From contig JBCBJQ010000024.1 in NCBI GenBank assembly GCA_038523235.1, forward strand, positions 1-64,000: a DNA stretch of 64,000 nucleotides. Direction: 5' to 3'. Source of the stretch: Cyanobacteria bacterium J06626_4. GTDB lineage: Bacteria; Cyanobacteriota; Cyanobacteriia; Phormidesmidales; Phormidesmidaceae. Shown piece after piece: positions 37,415 through 46,659 of this stretch; positions within the stretch are counted from its first letter, which is position 1, and every line of letters starts with the position of its first letter. The notes under the pieces are model-generated. The model made no database searches, was not told where the DNA came from, and saw only the letters and a list, made by a program, of their open reading frames with translations. The position numbers and the translations under genes were made by a program.

Positions 37415-39838
37415 CTAGAGCAGCTTTTCTACGACAGTCACGGCCAGCGCCTTGCCGAAATATTCCACCGTGACCGACGTGCCAGGCTTGGCATAGCCCA
37501 GCGGCAGATAGGCATACACCACACCGCGCCCTAGACTGTAGCCGTAGCCCGCACTGGTGGCATAGCCCAGCACCTTACCGTCCGCCATCACCGGTTCTTT
37601 GCCCATCACCACCGCCGTCGCATCATCCAGCATGAGGAAACAGAGCTGACGGCTGGCGTACTCTTGGCGTTGCAGCAGCGCCTCCTTACCGATGAAATCG
37701 CCCTTGTTCGGCTTCACCGCAAAGCCCAAACCCGCTTCATAGGGGTCGTATTCCGTGTGAATGTCGGTGCCCCACAGCAAAAAGCCCTTCTCTAACCGCA
37801 GGGTTTCAAACGCGGCTAAACCAGCGGCGATGATGCCATGCGCCTGACCCGCCGCCCACAGGGTATCCCACAGCTTCAGGCCGCACTCCGTCGGGGCGTA
37901 GATTTCCCAGCCTTCTTCACCGACGTAGGACACCCGCACCGCCAGTACGGGTGTATTGCCGATGCGAATCTGCTGATTCGTGAAGAATTTGAACTGCGGT
38001 TTCGACACGTCGGTCTGGGTGACTGACTGCAGCACCGCCGGAGCTTTCGGCCCCCAGAGCCCCACACAGCAGTAGCTGGAGGAAACGTCCGTGATGCGGA
38101 CAGATCCATCCACCGGTAAGTGCGCCTGCATCCAAGCTAAATCATGCCCGTGGACGGAACCGCCCGTCACCACCCAGTATTCTTCCGCCCCTAACCGGCT
38201 CACCGTCAGGTCACACATGATGCCGCCATTTTCATCCAGCATGGCGGTGTAGATGACCTTGCCGACGGGCTTATCCACGTTGTTGGCGCAGAGATTTTGT
38301 AAATAATCCACCACGCCGGGACCGGTGATTTCAAATTTGGCGAAGGGGGTGAGGTCGTACAGGGCGACGCGATCGCGGGTGGCTAAATGCTCGGCCCCCT
38401 GAATCGGCGACCAGTGTTTGGCCTCCCAGCCGTGGCGGGGCGGCACGTCGTACTCATCCAGCAGGGCAATATTGGATTTGAACCATTGGGGCCGCTCCCA
38501 CCCAGCACTGAAAATGAATTGCGCGCCCATTTCCTTTAGGCGGGGGTAAAAGGGGCTGACCCGCAGCTCCCGTGAGTGGGTTTGCTGATCGAGGGGATGA
38601 ATGATGTCATACACCTCGTCATACTGCTGGGCTCCGGCGCGGATGATGAAGTCGCCACTCTGACACACTGCTGGGAATCGATGAATATCCATTTCATGGA
38701 TGTCGAGGCTGGGGACGCCCGTGGTCATCAGTTCCGCCACGATTTTGCCCACGCCGCCGCCGTGGGTCACCCACACCGCTTCGGCTACCCAAAAGCCCTT
38801 GGCCTTGGTCGATTCGCCAATCACGGAACCGCTATCCGGTGTGAAGGAGAACATGCCGTTGATTTTGTAGGGCAGCTCCGTATCCTGCAAGGCGGGGAAT
38901 AACTCGGTGGTCGATTCCCAGGCAGGGCCAAAGTGCTCTTCGGTAAAAGGCTTAACCGACGGCATGACGGGCGCTTCGGCGTAGGGCAAAATGTTGTCTG
39001 GATCAACCAGCAGCGGCTCGTGTTGGTAAGACCCAATGCCCCAGCAGTCTCCGTGCTGCCGGAAATACATCGCGTGGTCTTGGTGGCGCACCATGGGGTA
39101 GTTGACTTCCTCCGTTTCCCCTGCCAGATCAGGAATTGGGGCGGTTTTCACATACTGGTGTTGCACGGGCGTCAGGGGAATGACTTCGCCCACCATGCGG
39201 CCAATGCGCGGCCCCCAAATGCCCGCACAGACCAGCACTTTGTCAGTTTCGATGCGGCCCTTGTCCGTGATGACTGCCTGAACCTGACCATCGACGACTT
39301 CAATATCCATCACGGTGGTGTCGCCGTAGAATGCAGCGGCTCCGGCTGCTGTGGCAGAGTTGGCTAATGCTTCCGCTGCCCGTAGCGCTTTGGCGATACC
39401 GTCTGTCGGTACGTAGTAACCCCCGAGAATTTTGGTTTCATCCATCAGGGGAACTTTGGCTTTAACTTCTGCTGGCGTCAGCAGGGTCGCCCCGTCTACG
39501 CCCCAAGACTTGGCCCAGCCCAGTTTGCGCTGAAGTTCAGCCATGCGTTCCTCGGTGTAGGCGACTTCGATACCACCGCAGGGATAATAGGCGGGGCCTT
39601 CCTCGGTGCTGAGCTGGCTATACAGATCGATGGTGTACTGGGCCAGCTTGGTCATGGTTTTCGACGCGTTGGTTTGGAACACCAGTCCGGGCGCGTGAGA
39701 AGTGGAGCCGCCGGTGGCGAAGAGGGGGCCTTGTTCCACCACGACAATATTTTTCCAGCCCTGTTTGGCGAGGTGGTAGGTGGTGCTACAGCCGACGATA
39801 CCAGCACCGATAACGACGAGGGTGGCGTTGGTTTGCAT
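37415..39838 (-). CDS. dimethylglycine oxidase/dehydrogenase (FAD-dependent, GcvT folate-binding C-terminus)
   Basis: GAGIVGCS, GGSTSHAPGLVFQT, FSFTPD, AEAVWVTH, RVSYVGE.GWEIY, LRLEKG. Confidence 0.9.
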   Translation of the reverse strand: MQTNATLVVIGAGIVGCSTTYHLAKQGWKNIVVVEQGPLFATGGSTSHAPGLVFQTNASKTMTKLAQYTIDLYSQLSTEEGPAYYPCGGIEVAYTEERMAELQRKLGWAKSWGVDGATLLTPAEVKAKVPLMDETKILGGYYVPTDGIAKALRAAEALANSATAAGAAAFYGDTTVMDIEVVDGQVQAVITDKGRIETDKVLVCAGIWGPRIGRMVGEVIPLTPVQHQYVKTAPIPDLAGETEEVNYPMVRHQDHAMYFRQHGDCWGIGSYQHEPLLVDPDNILPYAEAPVMPSVKPFTEEHFGPAWESTTELFPALQDTELPYKINGMFSFTPDSGSVIGESTKAKGFWVAEAVWVTHGGGVGKIVAELMTTGVPSLDIHEMDIHRFPAVCQSGDFIIRAGAQQYDEVYDIIHPLDQQTHSRELRVSPFYPRLKEMGAQFIFSAGWERPQWFKSNIALLDEYDVPPRHGWEAKHWSPIQGAEHLATRDRVALYDLTPFAKFEITGPGVVDYLQNLCANNVDKPVGKVIYTAMLDENGGIMCDLTVSRLGAEEYWVVTGGSVHGHDLAWMQAHLPVDGSVRITDVSSSYCCVGLWGPKAPAVLQSVTQTDVSKPQFKFFTNQQIRIGNTPVLAVRVSYVGEEGWEIYAPTECGLKLWDTLWAAGQAHGIIAAGLAAFETLRLEKGFLLWGTDIHTEYDPYEAGLGFAVKPNKGDFIGKEALLQRQEYASRQLCFLMLDDATAVVMGKEPVMADGKVLGYATSAGYGYSLGRGVVYAYLPLGYAKPGTSVTVEYFGKALAVTVVEKLL

Positions 39839-39844
39839 GGGGGT

Positions 39845-40020
39845 CTCCGGGGTGGTGAGGGTGAGAGGGTGGCAGGGGTGCAGGGTGTGAGGGTGGCGGA
39901 GTGTGAGGGTGGATGGGTGTGAGGGTGGAAGAGTAGGTGGAGTAGGTGGAGGCAGTGGGGTGCGTGGCAGAGGGTTAGGTGAGATGGATGGAGTAAGTGG
40001 GGTAGCTGGGTGGCAGGGTG
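39845..40020. repeat. G-rich degenerate ~8-nt tandem repeat
   Basis: Units such as GGGTGTGA/GGGTGGCA/GGGTGGAT between the Rieske and DMG oxidase genes. Confidence 0.7.
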
Positions 40021-40049
40021 ACCTGTTTACCCATTACTCGCATCCCCTT

Positions 40050-40077
40050 TTCCGAACTCCGAATTCCGAATTCCGAA
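40050..40077. repeat. heptamer tandem repeat (STRR-like)
   Basis: ttccgaa-ctccgaa-ttccgaa-ttccgaa. Confidence 0.75.
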
Positions 40078-40099
40078 CTCACGTTCCTCGTGGATTGGG

Positions 40100-41335
40100 T
40101 TATTCGCCGATCGCGCTAGCAACCATTTGTTGGAACCGATAGACCGTTTGTTCCAATTCGGGCGAAAAGCAGCCGCCGTCAAATCGGGGGGAGTGGCGAC
40201 CTTTTTGCAGCCGCTCGATCATCTCAATATCTTCATCGTTGGTATCCTTCCACAAATCGATGGGCAGATGGCGCAAGGCTTCATTTTCGGGAGTCATCGC
40301 CTCATCGCCCGCAAAGTAAAAGGTCATGCGCTCCTGGGTTTGACTCGGGCTCAAAGGATTGACCAGGAAGACCAGGAAATAGTCAGGATGGACGCCGAGC
40401 ATCAAGTTGGGAAAAACGGTGATGTATTCGGCGACGGTTTGTTTTTGATGGGCCGCCAGATTGGGTAGGGTAGGGAGCGATCGCCCGTCAATCTCACCAC
40501 TCTTGTACAGCAAACTGCCCTGCCCGACGTGAATATCGCCGACGTCAAAAGCAAAGTGGTCTTCCATGCGAGAGCAGCTATTCAATGCCGGATGCACCCA
40601 GGTCAAGTGATAGCTTTCGGAGAAATTTTCGACGGCGAGTTTCCAGTTGGCGTTGCAGGTGAGTCCGACCTCGCGGGGTTCGCGGCGGAGCTGTTCGAGG
40701 TCGTAGGTAGCCCAGCGATCGCGCACGGGCTGCAAATACTCCTCCAGCGGCGGCGCATCGCCAGATACATTCACAAACACCAGATCGAGCCACTGCTCAC
40801 AGCGAATCGCCTGTAAGCCTTTGCCGTCGCGATCGAACCCTTCGTAGGTGTCTTTGTAGTAGCCGCCAAAATGCGGCGTCCCTTTCAGCTTGCCGTCCAG
40901 TTTGTAGGTCCAGGAATGGTAAGGACATCGGAGATTTCCCTGCACGTTGCAAGCGGTCTTCACCAACTCCAAACCCCGGTGGCTACAAATATTGTGGAAA
41001 GCCCGCAAGGTACCGGCGCGATCGCGCACTAGCACGATTGGCATGCCCGCCACTTCGGTGGGGTAAACATCGCCCGGGTTAGGCGCATCCGACGCTAAGC
41101 CGACACAGACCCAATACTGCTTAAACACCGTAGCTCGCTCCTGCTGCAGGTAGCGATCGCTCGTATACGCTTCACCCGGCAAACCAGCCTGCCGATAGTC
41201 ATCCAGGTGAATAACCGCCGATTCTGCCCCGATATGCGACTCTTGATGCTCGCCGTAAGCATCAACCAGGGTCAACTCAGGTGGGGGGGCAACAACTTTT
41301 TCCTGGGCCATACTCTGCCTCTGTGGCTCTTGCAT
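40100..41335 (-). CDS. Rieske non-heme iron oxygenase alpha subunit (choline/glycine betaine monooxygenase-like)
   Basis: Rieske motif CSH...CPYHSW; mononuclear Fe motif NWKL..ENF.ESYH...VH and ED....E..QKG. Confidence 0.88.
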   Translation of the reverse strand: MQEPQRQSMAQEKVVAPPPELTLVDAYGEHQESHIGAESAVIHLDDYRQAGLPGEAYTSDRYLQQERATVFKQYWVCVGLASDAPNPGDVYPTEVAGMPIVLVRDRAGTLRAFHNICSHRGLELVKTACNVQGNLRCPYHSWTYKLDGKLKGTPHFGGYYKDTYEGFDRDGKGLQAIRCEQWLDLVFVNVSGDAPPLEEYLQPVRDRWATYDLEQLRREPREVGLTCNANWKLAVENFSESYHLTWVHPALNSCSRMEDHFAFDVGDIHVGQGSLLYKSGEIDGRSLPTLPNLAAHQKQTVAEYITVFPNLMLGVHPDYFLVFLVNPLSPSQTQERMTFYFAGDEAMTPENEALRHLPIDLWKDTNDEDIEMIERLQKGRHSPRFDGGCFSPELEQTVYRFQQMVASAIGE

Positions 41336-41426
41336 GAAATTTATTCAGGGGGCTCACCTGCCATCAAAGCGCCATTGCTGACGGGTTGAAACAGTCAACA
41401 TCCACGAGAAAGCCGCTCGCCAGATG

Positions 41427-41461
41427 TTGTCATGACAAGTGATTAAAACATGTTATGACAA
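41427..41461. promoter_or_regulatory. two candidate GntR operators
   Basis: Perfect palindrome TTGTCATGACAA (41427-41438) and variant ATGTTATGACAA (41450-41461). Confidence 0.65.
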
Positions 41462-41473
41462 GTTATGAAGGAG

Positions 41474-41515
41474 ACCATAAAGGTAGGAAAATCGTTTTTA
41501 TGTCTCCTGTTTTAC
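41474..41515 (-). promoter_or_regulatory. NtcA-type promoter for the Rieske/DMG oxidase operon
   Basis: Minus strand GTA-AAACAGGA-GAC (41515-41502, TGT..ACA flanks), 22-nt spacer, TATGGT (41479-41474). Confidence 0.6.
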
Positions 41516-41645
41516 AATTTAAAAACTTTTTGCAAGAATTCTTTGACTTTGCAAAGTCCTTCTCAGGAAAGGGATCTGCTGCCCGAGCCTAGAATCAGGA
41601 TGGAGGGCACCAGATAATTCTCGCCAAAAATCAAGATTTCAAGAC

Positions 41646-41657
41646 TTGTTGTGACAA
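41646..41657. promoter_or_regulatory. third candidate GntR operator
   Basis: TTGTTGTGACAA, 10/12 match to TTGTCATGACAA, abutting an NtcA box. Confidence 0.55.
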
Positions 41658-41659
41658 CT

Positions 41660-41701
41660 GTATCGGCAGTGACATTCTTCTGAGATATGCAACCTTAAGG
41701 T
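41660..41701 (+). promoter_or_regulatory. NtcA-type promoter for the BCCT transporter
   Basis: GTA-TCGGCAGT-GAC (41660-41673, TGT..ACA flanks), 22-nt spacer, TAAGGT (41696-41701). Confidence 0.6.
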
Positions 41702-42056
41702 GCGTTTTGATAGAGTTTGTCGGTTGCTTACTACAGTTTTGAGGAGGATGCCTTTCTTGAAAGAAAGGATGTGTGCCCGCCGAAATATCGCGATCGCTGC
41801 CTAAACTGAACTCACAGAACCCTGTTACGGGGTGTTGTGAGTTCTTGACAATCATGGGATTCCTGCTGAAAAGTGTTCACAGGTAACATGATTGACAGGC
41901 AAGAAGTGGCGGCGTCAGTGACGGAACTGCACAGGTAATTGTGTGGTTTCTGCTCACAAAAACTCTCTGTGTAAGAAGCATTGCAGTGCTACGACGGGTG
42001 TTTCTTGCAGAGATCTGTTTGCCGTTCGTTGATGTGTTGAAAACTGAATCACCCTT

Positions 42057-43730
42057 ATGACTACTCAGAATAATGGGCAGGGGAGCCATGACGAGCATCC
42101 ATTTGTGATGCCCGAGCATGCTCCTACGCGCCACATTAGTCGCCGCCCTGGCGATCGCAATATCACCGGTAAAGGCTTTGATTTTCATCCCGAGGTCTTC
42201 CTCGTATCCGGTGGTTTAATCCTGCTGTTTGTGGTGTTTACCCTGATTTTTCAAGAACCCGCCGAGACGGCTTTTGGCGCAGTTCAGGGGTTTATCGCGG
42301 GCTCTTTAGGATGGTTTTTCATCCTTTCAGTATCCCTCTTCTTAATTTTCACCATCTTTCTGGCGTTTAGTAAGCTGGGGCAGGTCCGTCTCGGTGGCCC
42401 CGACGCCCAACCAGAATTTCCCACCTTTGCTTGGGTCGCGATGCTGATCAGCGCGGGGATGGGTATTGGTCTCATGTTTTGGAGTGTGGCCGAACCGATT
42501 TTCCACTTCCAAGATCCCCCCGCTTTGCTGGGTGACATCACCCCCAATACCGCCGATGCGGCCAAGCAAGCTTTAGGCATCACCTTTTTCCATTGGGGCT
42601 TACATGCCTGGGGCATTTACGCGCTGGTGGGCTTATCGCTCGCCTTTTTTGCCTTTAACTGGGGCCTGCCGCTGACCATCCGCTCAGTGTTCTATCCCTT
42701 GCTGGGGGAAAAGATCTACGGCTGGCCGGGGAATGTGATTGACATTTTGGCCGTGGCCTCCACACTGTTCGGCCTCGCCACATCCCTTGGGTTTGGTGTT
42801 CAGCAGGTCAACGCGGGCTTCAACTTCTTGTTTGGGCTACAAATTAGTACCCCAGTTCAAGTGGGGCTTATCTTCATTATCACAGGCTTTGCCACGGCGT
42901 CTGTGGTCTCTGGCTTGGGCAATGGGGTCCGCCGCTTGAGCGAGTTGAACATGACTTTGGCGGCGGTGCTCATGGCCTTTGTGCTGCTGGTCGGCCCGAC
43001 CCTGTTTATCCTCAATTCGTTTGTGGAAACTCTGGGCTACTATGCCGCTTCCCTACCCACACTGAGCTTTTGGACGGAAACGTTCTCGGGTACTAGCTGG
43101 CAAAACAGCTGGACGGTCTTTTATTGGGGCTGGTGGGTGTCTTGGTCGCCCTTTGTGGGTATCTTCATCGCCCGTGTCTCCAAAGGACGCACCGTGCGGG
43201 AATTCATTCTGGGAGTGCTGCTGCTGCCTTCCATGCTGACCTTTTTGTGGATGTCAGTCTTTGGCGGCACCGCCCTCAGCTTTGAGCTGAATGAAGCCAC
43301 GGCAGGCGTGATTAGCACCGCCGTGGGTGACAACGTGTCAACCGCTTTGTTTGTCATGCTGCAGCAACTGCCGCTCACCGGCATCACGTCTTTTGTGGGC
43401 ATCGTGTTGGTGGTGGTCTTCTTTGTGACCTCTTCTGACTCGGGCTCGCTCGTGGTGGATAGCTTGACCTCGGGCGGTAAGCTCGAATCGCCTGTACCGC
43501 AACGGGTCTTTTGGGCGGTGATGGAGGGAGTCGTGGCAGCAGCTCTACTGTTGGGCGGCGGTCTAGGCGCTTTACAGACAGCGTCGATCGCCACGGGTTT
43601 CCCCTTTGCGATTGTGCTGTTGATCATGTGCTACAGCATCTATAAAGGGCTGCGATACGAGCATGATGTGGTGCATGTGAAAAAGGTGCTGCAAGACTCG
43701 GAAGCTGCCGAAAAAGCGATCGCGTCCTAG
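42057..43730 (+). CDS. BCCT family (betaine/choline/carnitine) transporter
   Basis: SAGMGIGLMFW.VAEP, FFHWGLHAW.IY, WTVFYWGWWVSWSPFVG.FIARVSKGRTVREF, FFVTSSDSGS. Confidence 0.97.
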   Translation: MTTQNNGQGSHDEHPFVMPEHAPTRHISRRPGDRNITGKGFDFHPEVFLVSGGLILLFVVFTLIFQEPAETAFGAVQGFIAGSLGWFFILSVSLFLIFTIFLAFSKLGQVRLGGPDAQPEFPTFAWVAMLISAGMGIGLMFWSVAEPIFHFQDPPALLGDITPNTADAAKQALGITFFHWGLHAWGIYALVGLSLAFFAFNWGLPLTIRSVFYPLLGEKIYGWPGNVIDILAVASTLFGLATSLGFGVQQVNAGFNFLFGLQISTPVQVGLIFIITGFATASVVSGLGNGVRRLSELNMTLAAVLMAFVLLVGPTLFILNSFVETLGYYAASLPTLSFWTETFSGTSWQNSWTVFYWGWWVSWSPFVGIFIARVSKGRTVREFILGVLLLPSMLTFLWMSVFGGTALSFELNEATAGVISTAVGDNVSTALFVMLQQLPLTGITSFVGIVLVVVFFVTSSDSGSLVVDSLTSGGKLESPVPQRVFWAVMEGVVAAALLLGGGLGALQTASIATGFPFAIVLLIMCYSIYKGLRYEHDVVHVKKVLQDSEAAEKAIAS

Positions 43731-43752
43731 GAAGGGTTTGCTTTTTGGCTCT

Positions 43753-43985
43753 TAAGGAGGCGTCATCCCTTGATGAATATCTGTTTAGCGCGCTCGTAGG
43801 ATCCCCCGCTGTCGCCGCCCCCTAAAGCCCTTCGGGCAATAACCCTGCGGGTATGGCTGTGCTAAGGCTTCGCTAGAAGAAAGGGGCTATCAACTCACGG
43901 GCTTAGGCGTCCCCCTTTTCAAGGGGGATTGAGGGGGATCGGTAGCCGCTGGACACTGAACACAGACCTTGATGACGCCTCCTTA
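43753..43985. mobile_element. MITE-like element, 233 bp
   Basis: Perfect 15-bp terminal inverted repeats TAAGGAGGCGTCATC / GATGACGCCTCCTTA with TA at both ends; internal CCCCCTTTTCAAGGGGG palindrome; no ORF. Confidence 0.75.
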
Positions 43986-44197
43986 GCGAGACTGACATTT
44001 GCCGGTTGAATTTTCAGCGAGTCAAGATTCGAGCAAAGCTGCGTGGGGCGATCACCAACCTTTTCCAAAAAATCGGGCAACCATTCTGAGCAAACTCTAT
44101 CAAGCCTTGCCGCAGAGGCAGAGCGCGATCGCGCCCGCTGCCCGACGGTTGCAAATTTTGGATATCCCCTGACTTTTCGCTAGGAGTTTGATTGGCA

Positions 44198-45355
44198 ATG
44201 GTGAAGCAGTTTGACGCGATCGTGGTGGGTGCTGGCGGCGTGGGCAGTGCCGCTGCTTACTATCTGGCTAAGGCCGGACAAAAAGTCCTATTGCTAGAGC
44301 AGTTTGAGCTAGACCACCAAAACGGCAGCTCCTATGGTCAGTCGCGGGTGATTCGCTACACCTACGACAATCCGACCTACGTTGACTTGATGCGGGATGC
44401 TTACCCCCTGTGGTTTGCCCTACAAGAAGAAGCAGGCGAAAAACTTTATGTGAAGACCGGCGGCCTCGACTTTGGCTTTCCCGAAACGGATACCTTTCAA
44501 CGCATGAAAGCCAGCTTGGATGAATCGCGCTTGCCGTATGAGTATCTCTCTCAAGCTGAAATCGCTCAGCGGTACCCGCAATTTGCGCTCGAAGAGGGGA
44601 TGGCCGGTCTGTTTAACCCTGATGGGGGCTTGCTCAAAACCTCGCGTTGTGTGCTCGCCCATGCGCGACTGGCTCAGGCCAGGGGCGCGACCGTGATTGA
44701 TCAGACCCCCGTGCTCAATATTACGCCGTCAGAAAATGGCGTTGAGGTGCAGACAGAGACGGAGACTTATGGGTGCGATCGCATCGTGCTGACCGTGGGC
44801 AGTTGGGCTAAGGGCCTGCTGGCCGAACAAGGGATTGATCTGCCGCTCAAGATCATGCCCTGCCAACTGGGCTTCTATGAACCCAAAAACGCCGCCGACT
44901 TTGAACCCGGCAAATTTCCCGTGTTCTTTGCCCATATGAATGGCGACTACGGTGAAATGCCCTACGGCATTCCCCACGAAGATCCCAGTATCGGCGTCAA
45001 GATCACCACGTTTTACGGTTGGGACACCGTAGATAAACCCAGCGAGGTGGACTATACCCCCAGTCAGGCGTGGACCGAACGCATCCGTGACTGGGCCAGC
45101 CAATACCTACCCGACGCTGCGGGTCCGCTGCTTTACACCCGCCGCTGCCTCTACACCGTGACCCCTGATAAGGATTTTGTTGTTGATCAGCATCCCGACT
45201 ATCCCCATGTGGTCATCGGTGCAGGCTTCTCGGGACATGGCTTTAAGTTCACCACGCTGATGGGCAAAATGCTGGCCGATTTAGCCGTCGAGGGTAAGAC
45301 GCCCCACGACACGAGTTTATTCAAGTTGTCGCGATTTCAGCTGATTGCGGCGTAG
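44198..45355 (+). CDS. solA: monomeric sarcosine oxidase / N-methyltryptophan oxidase family
   Basis: GAGGVGSAAAY.LA, GSSYGQSRVIR, covalent-FAD Cys in RRCLYT.TPD, GFSGHGFKF. Confidence 0.9.
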   Translation: MVKQFDAIVVGAGGVGSAAAYYLAKAGQKVLLLEQFELDHQNGSSYGQSRVIRYTYDNPTYVDLMRDAYPLWFALQEEAGEKLYVKTGGLDFGFPETDTFQRMKASLDESRLPYEYLSQAEIAQRYPQFALEEGMAGLFNPDGGLLKTSRCVLAHARLAQARGATVIDQTPVLNITPSENGVEVQTETETYGCDRIVLTVGSWAKGLLAEQGIDLPLKIMPCQLGFYEPKNAADFEPGKFPVFFAHMNGDYGEMPYGIPHEDPSIGVKITTFYGWDTVDKPSEVDYTPSQAWTERIRDWASQYLPDAAGPLLYTRRCLYTVTPDKDFVVDQHPDYPHVVIGAGFSGHGFKFTTLMGKMLADLAVEGKTPHDTSLFKLSRFQLIAA

Positions 45356-45488
45356 CCAGCAGGGGGGCAGTAAAAGGGGGAATCGTCTCGGGCGGAAATT
45401 TTGAGGCTTTATGCCAGGTGTGAGGCCATTTTCTGCCCGCAGGTTCCTCGGCAAATTTCGATAAGATGTCAGAGATAGTCAGCAGACG

Positions 45489-46244
45489 ATGACATTTTTT
45501 ATGGTTCCGAGTGAACAGCTTTCAGATAAGCAGCCTCTGCATGTCGCAATTTCGGAACAATTGAAGCAAAAAATTGAAGCGGGAGAATACGAGCCAGGCA
45601 GCCGGTTGCCGAGCGAGTTTGATTTGGGCGAAATTTTTGAGGTGAGCCGGACAACAATCCGCAAGGCGATCGCTAACCTGACGCAGCAAGGTCTTGTCAC
45701 CACCCAACAAGGTAAAGGCATTTTTGTCACCGAAAAGCACAAAATCAGCTTTTCTATGTCAAATCCGCTGATGCAGTTTGACGCTGCTTTGCAGCAGCAG
45801 GGCTACCAAGCCCGTGTGCATTCACTCCGGTTTCAGCCCATTGAGGCCCCGACAGAGGTGAGCCGCCAACTGCAGCTGACCGAGCTGTCTGCCACGGTGT
45901 ATTGGCAAGAGAAAATTATTTATGCTGCCGAATCGCCGATCGCCCTCGACATTGCCTACTATCCAGCGGCGATCGCCACGCCCCTCGCCAATAAACTACA
46001 GCAGGGTTTTACCTACAGCACCCTAGCCAAGGGCGGCATCACCCTCAATGCCGCAGCCGTGCGACTCGAGAGTGTGCCTGCCACCTACGAACTCAGCGAA
46101 TATTTAGCCGTGCCGCTGGGGATGCCGCTGCTGGTGTTTAACTATTTGGCCTATCAGGGCGATCAGCAGCCCGTGGTTTGTGGCAAAACCCTATCGCGCT
46201 CTGACTGGACCTGCTACACCGCCGAAGTTGAAGTCATCGCCTAA
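45489..46244 (+). CDS. GntR family regulator (HutC/UTRA type)
   Basis: PGSRLPSE..L...FEVSRTTIRKA...L...G......GKGIFV plus a C-terminal UTRA-like domain. Confidence 0.92.
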   Translation: MTFFMVPSEQLSDKQPLHVAISEQLKQKIEAGEYEPGSRLPSEFDLGEIFEVSRTTIRKAIANLTQQGLVTTQQGKGIFVTEKHKISFSMSNPLMQFDAALQQQGYQARVHSLRFQPIEAPTEVSRQLQLTELSATVYWQEKIIYAAESPIALDIAYYPAAIATPLANKLQQGFTYSTLAKGGITLNAAAVRLESVPATYELSEYLAVPLGMPLLVFNYLAYQGDQQPVVCGKTLSRSDWTCYTAEVEVIA

Positions 46245-46335
46245 CTTGCCGGGGTAGGGCTGCTGAGCATTTATAGATATCCGCCTATCTATACGCGTTG
46301 GATATGATTGTGTTGAGCGTTTCAGCTTGATTGTT

Positions 46336-46659
46336 ATGACCACAATCGCTATCAAGCCCTATATAGAGTTCAAAAACGAAGGGTACTGGATTATCGGTAC
46401 TCGAATTTCCTTGGATTCTATTGTTTATGCCTTTCATCAAGGATTGCCTCCGGAAAGGATTGCCCAATCATTTCCGTTACTTGATCTAGAGAAGGTATAC
46501 GGGGCAATCACCTTCTACCTAGCCAATCGCTCGGATATTGATGTTTATCTTCTATCAGCAGAGCAGGCATTTGACACCATGCCACAACCTTTACAAGGCG
46601 ATGCTCCTGCTTTGTATCAAAAGTTGCTTGCGGCTAAGGAGTCAGCACAACAGGCGTAA
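46336..46659 (+). CDS. DUF433 domain protein (putative antitoxin)
   Basis: IIGTRISLDSIV..F..G..PE.I...FP.L.L..VYGAI.FYL. Confidence 0.88.
   Translation: MTTIAIKPYIEFKNEGYWIIGTRISLDSIVYAFHQGLPPERIAQSFPLLDLEKVYGAITFYLANRSDIDVYLLSAEQAFDTMPQPLQGDAPALYQKLLAAKESAQQA

Noticed and set aside
41883..41896. Additional GTA-N8-GAC site
   Set aside because: No TAN3T box at the expected 22-nt spacing; may be chance
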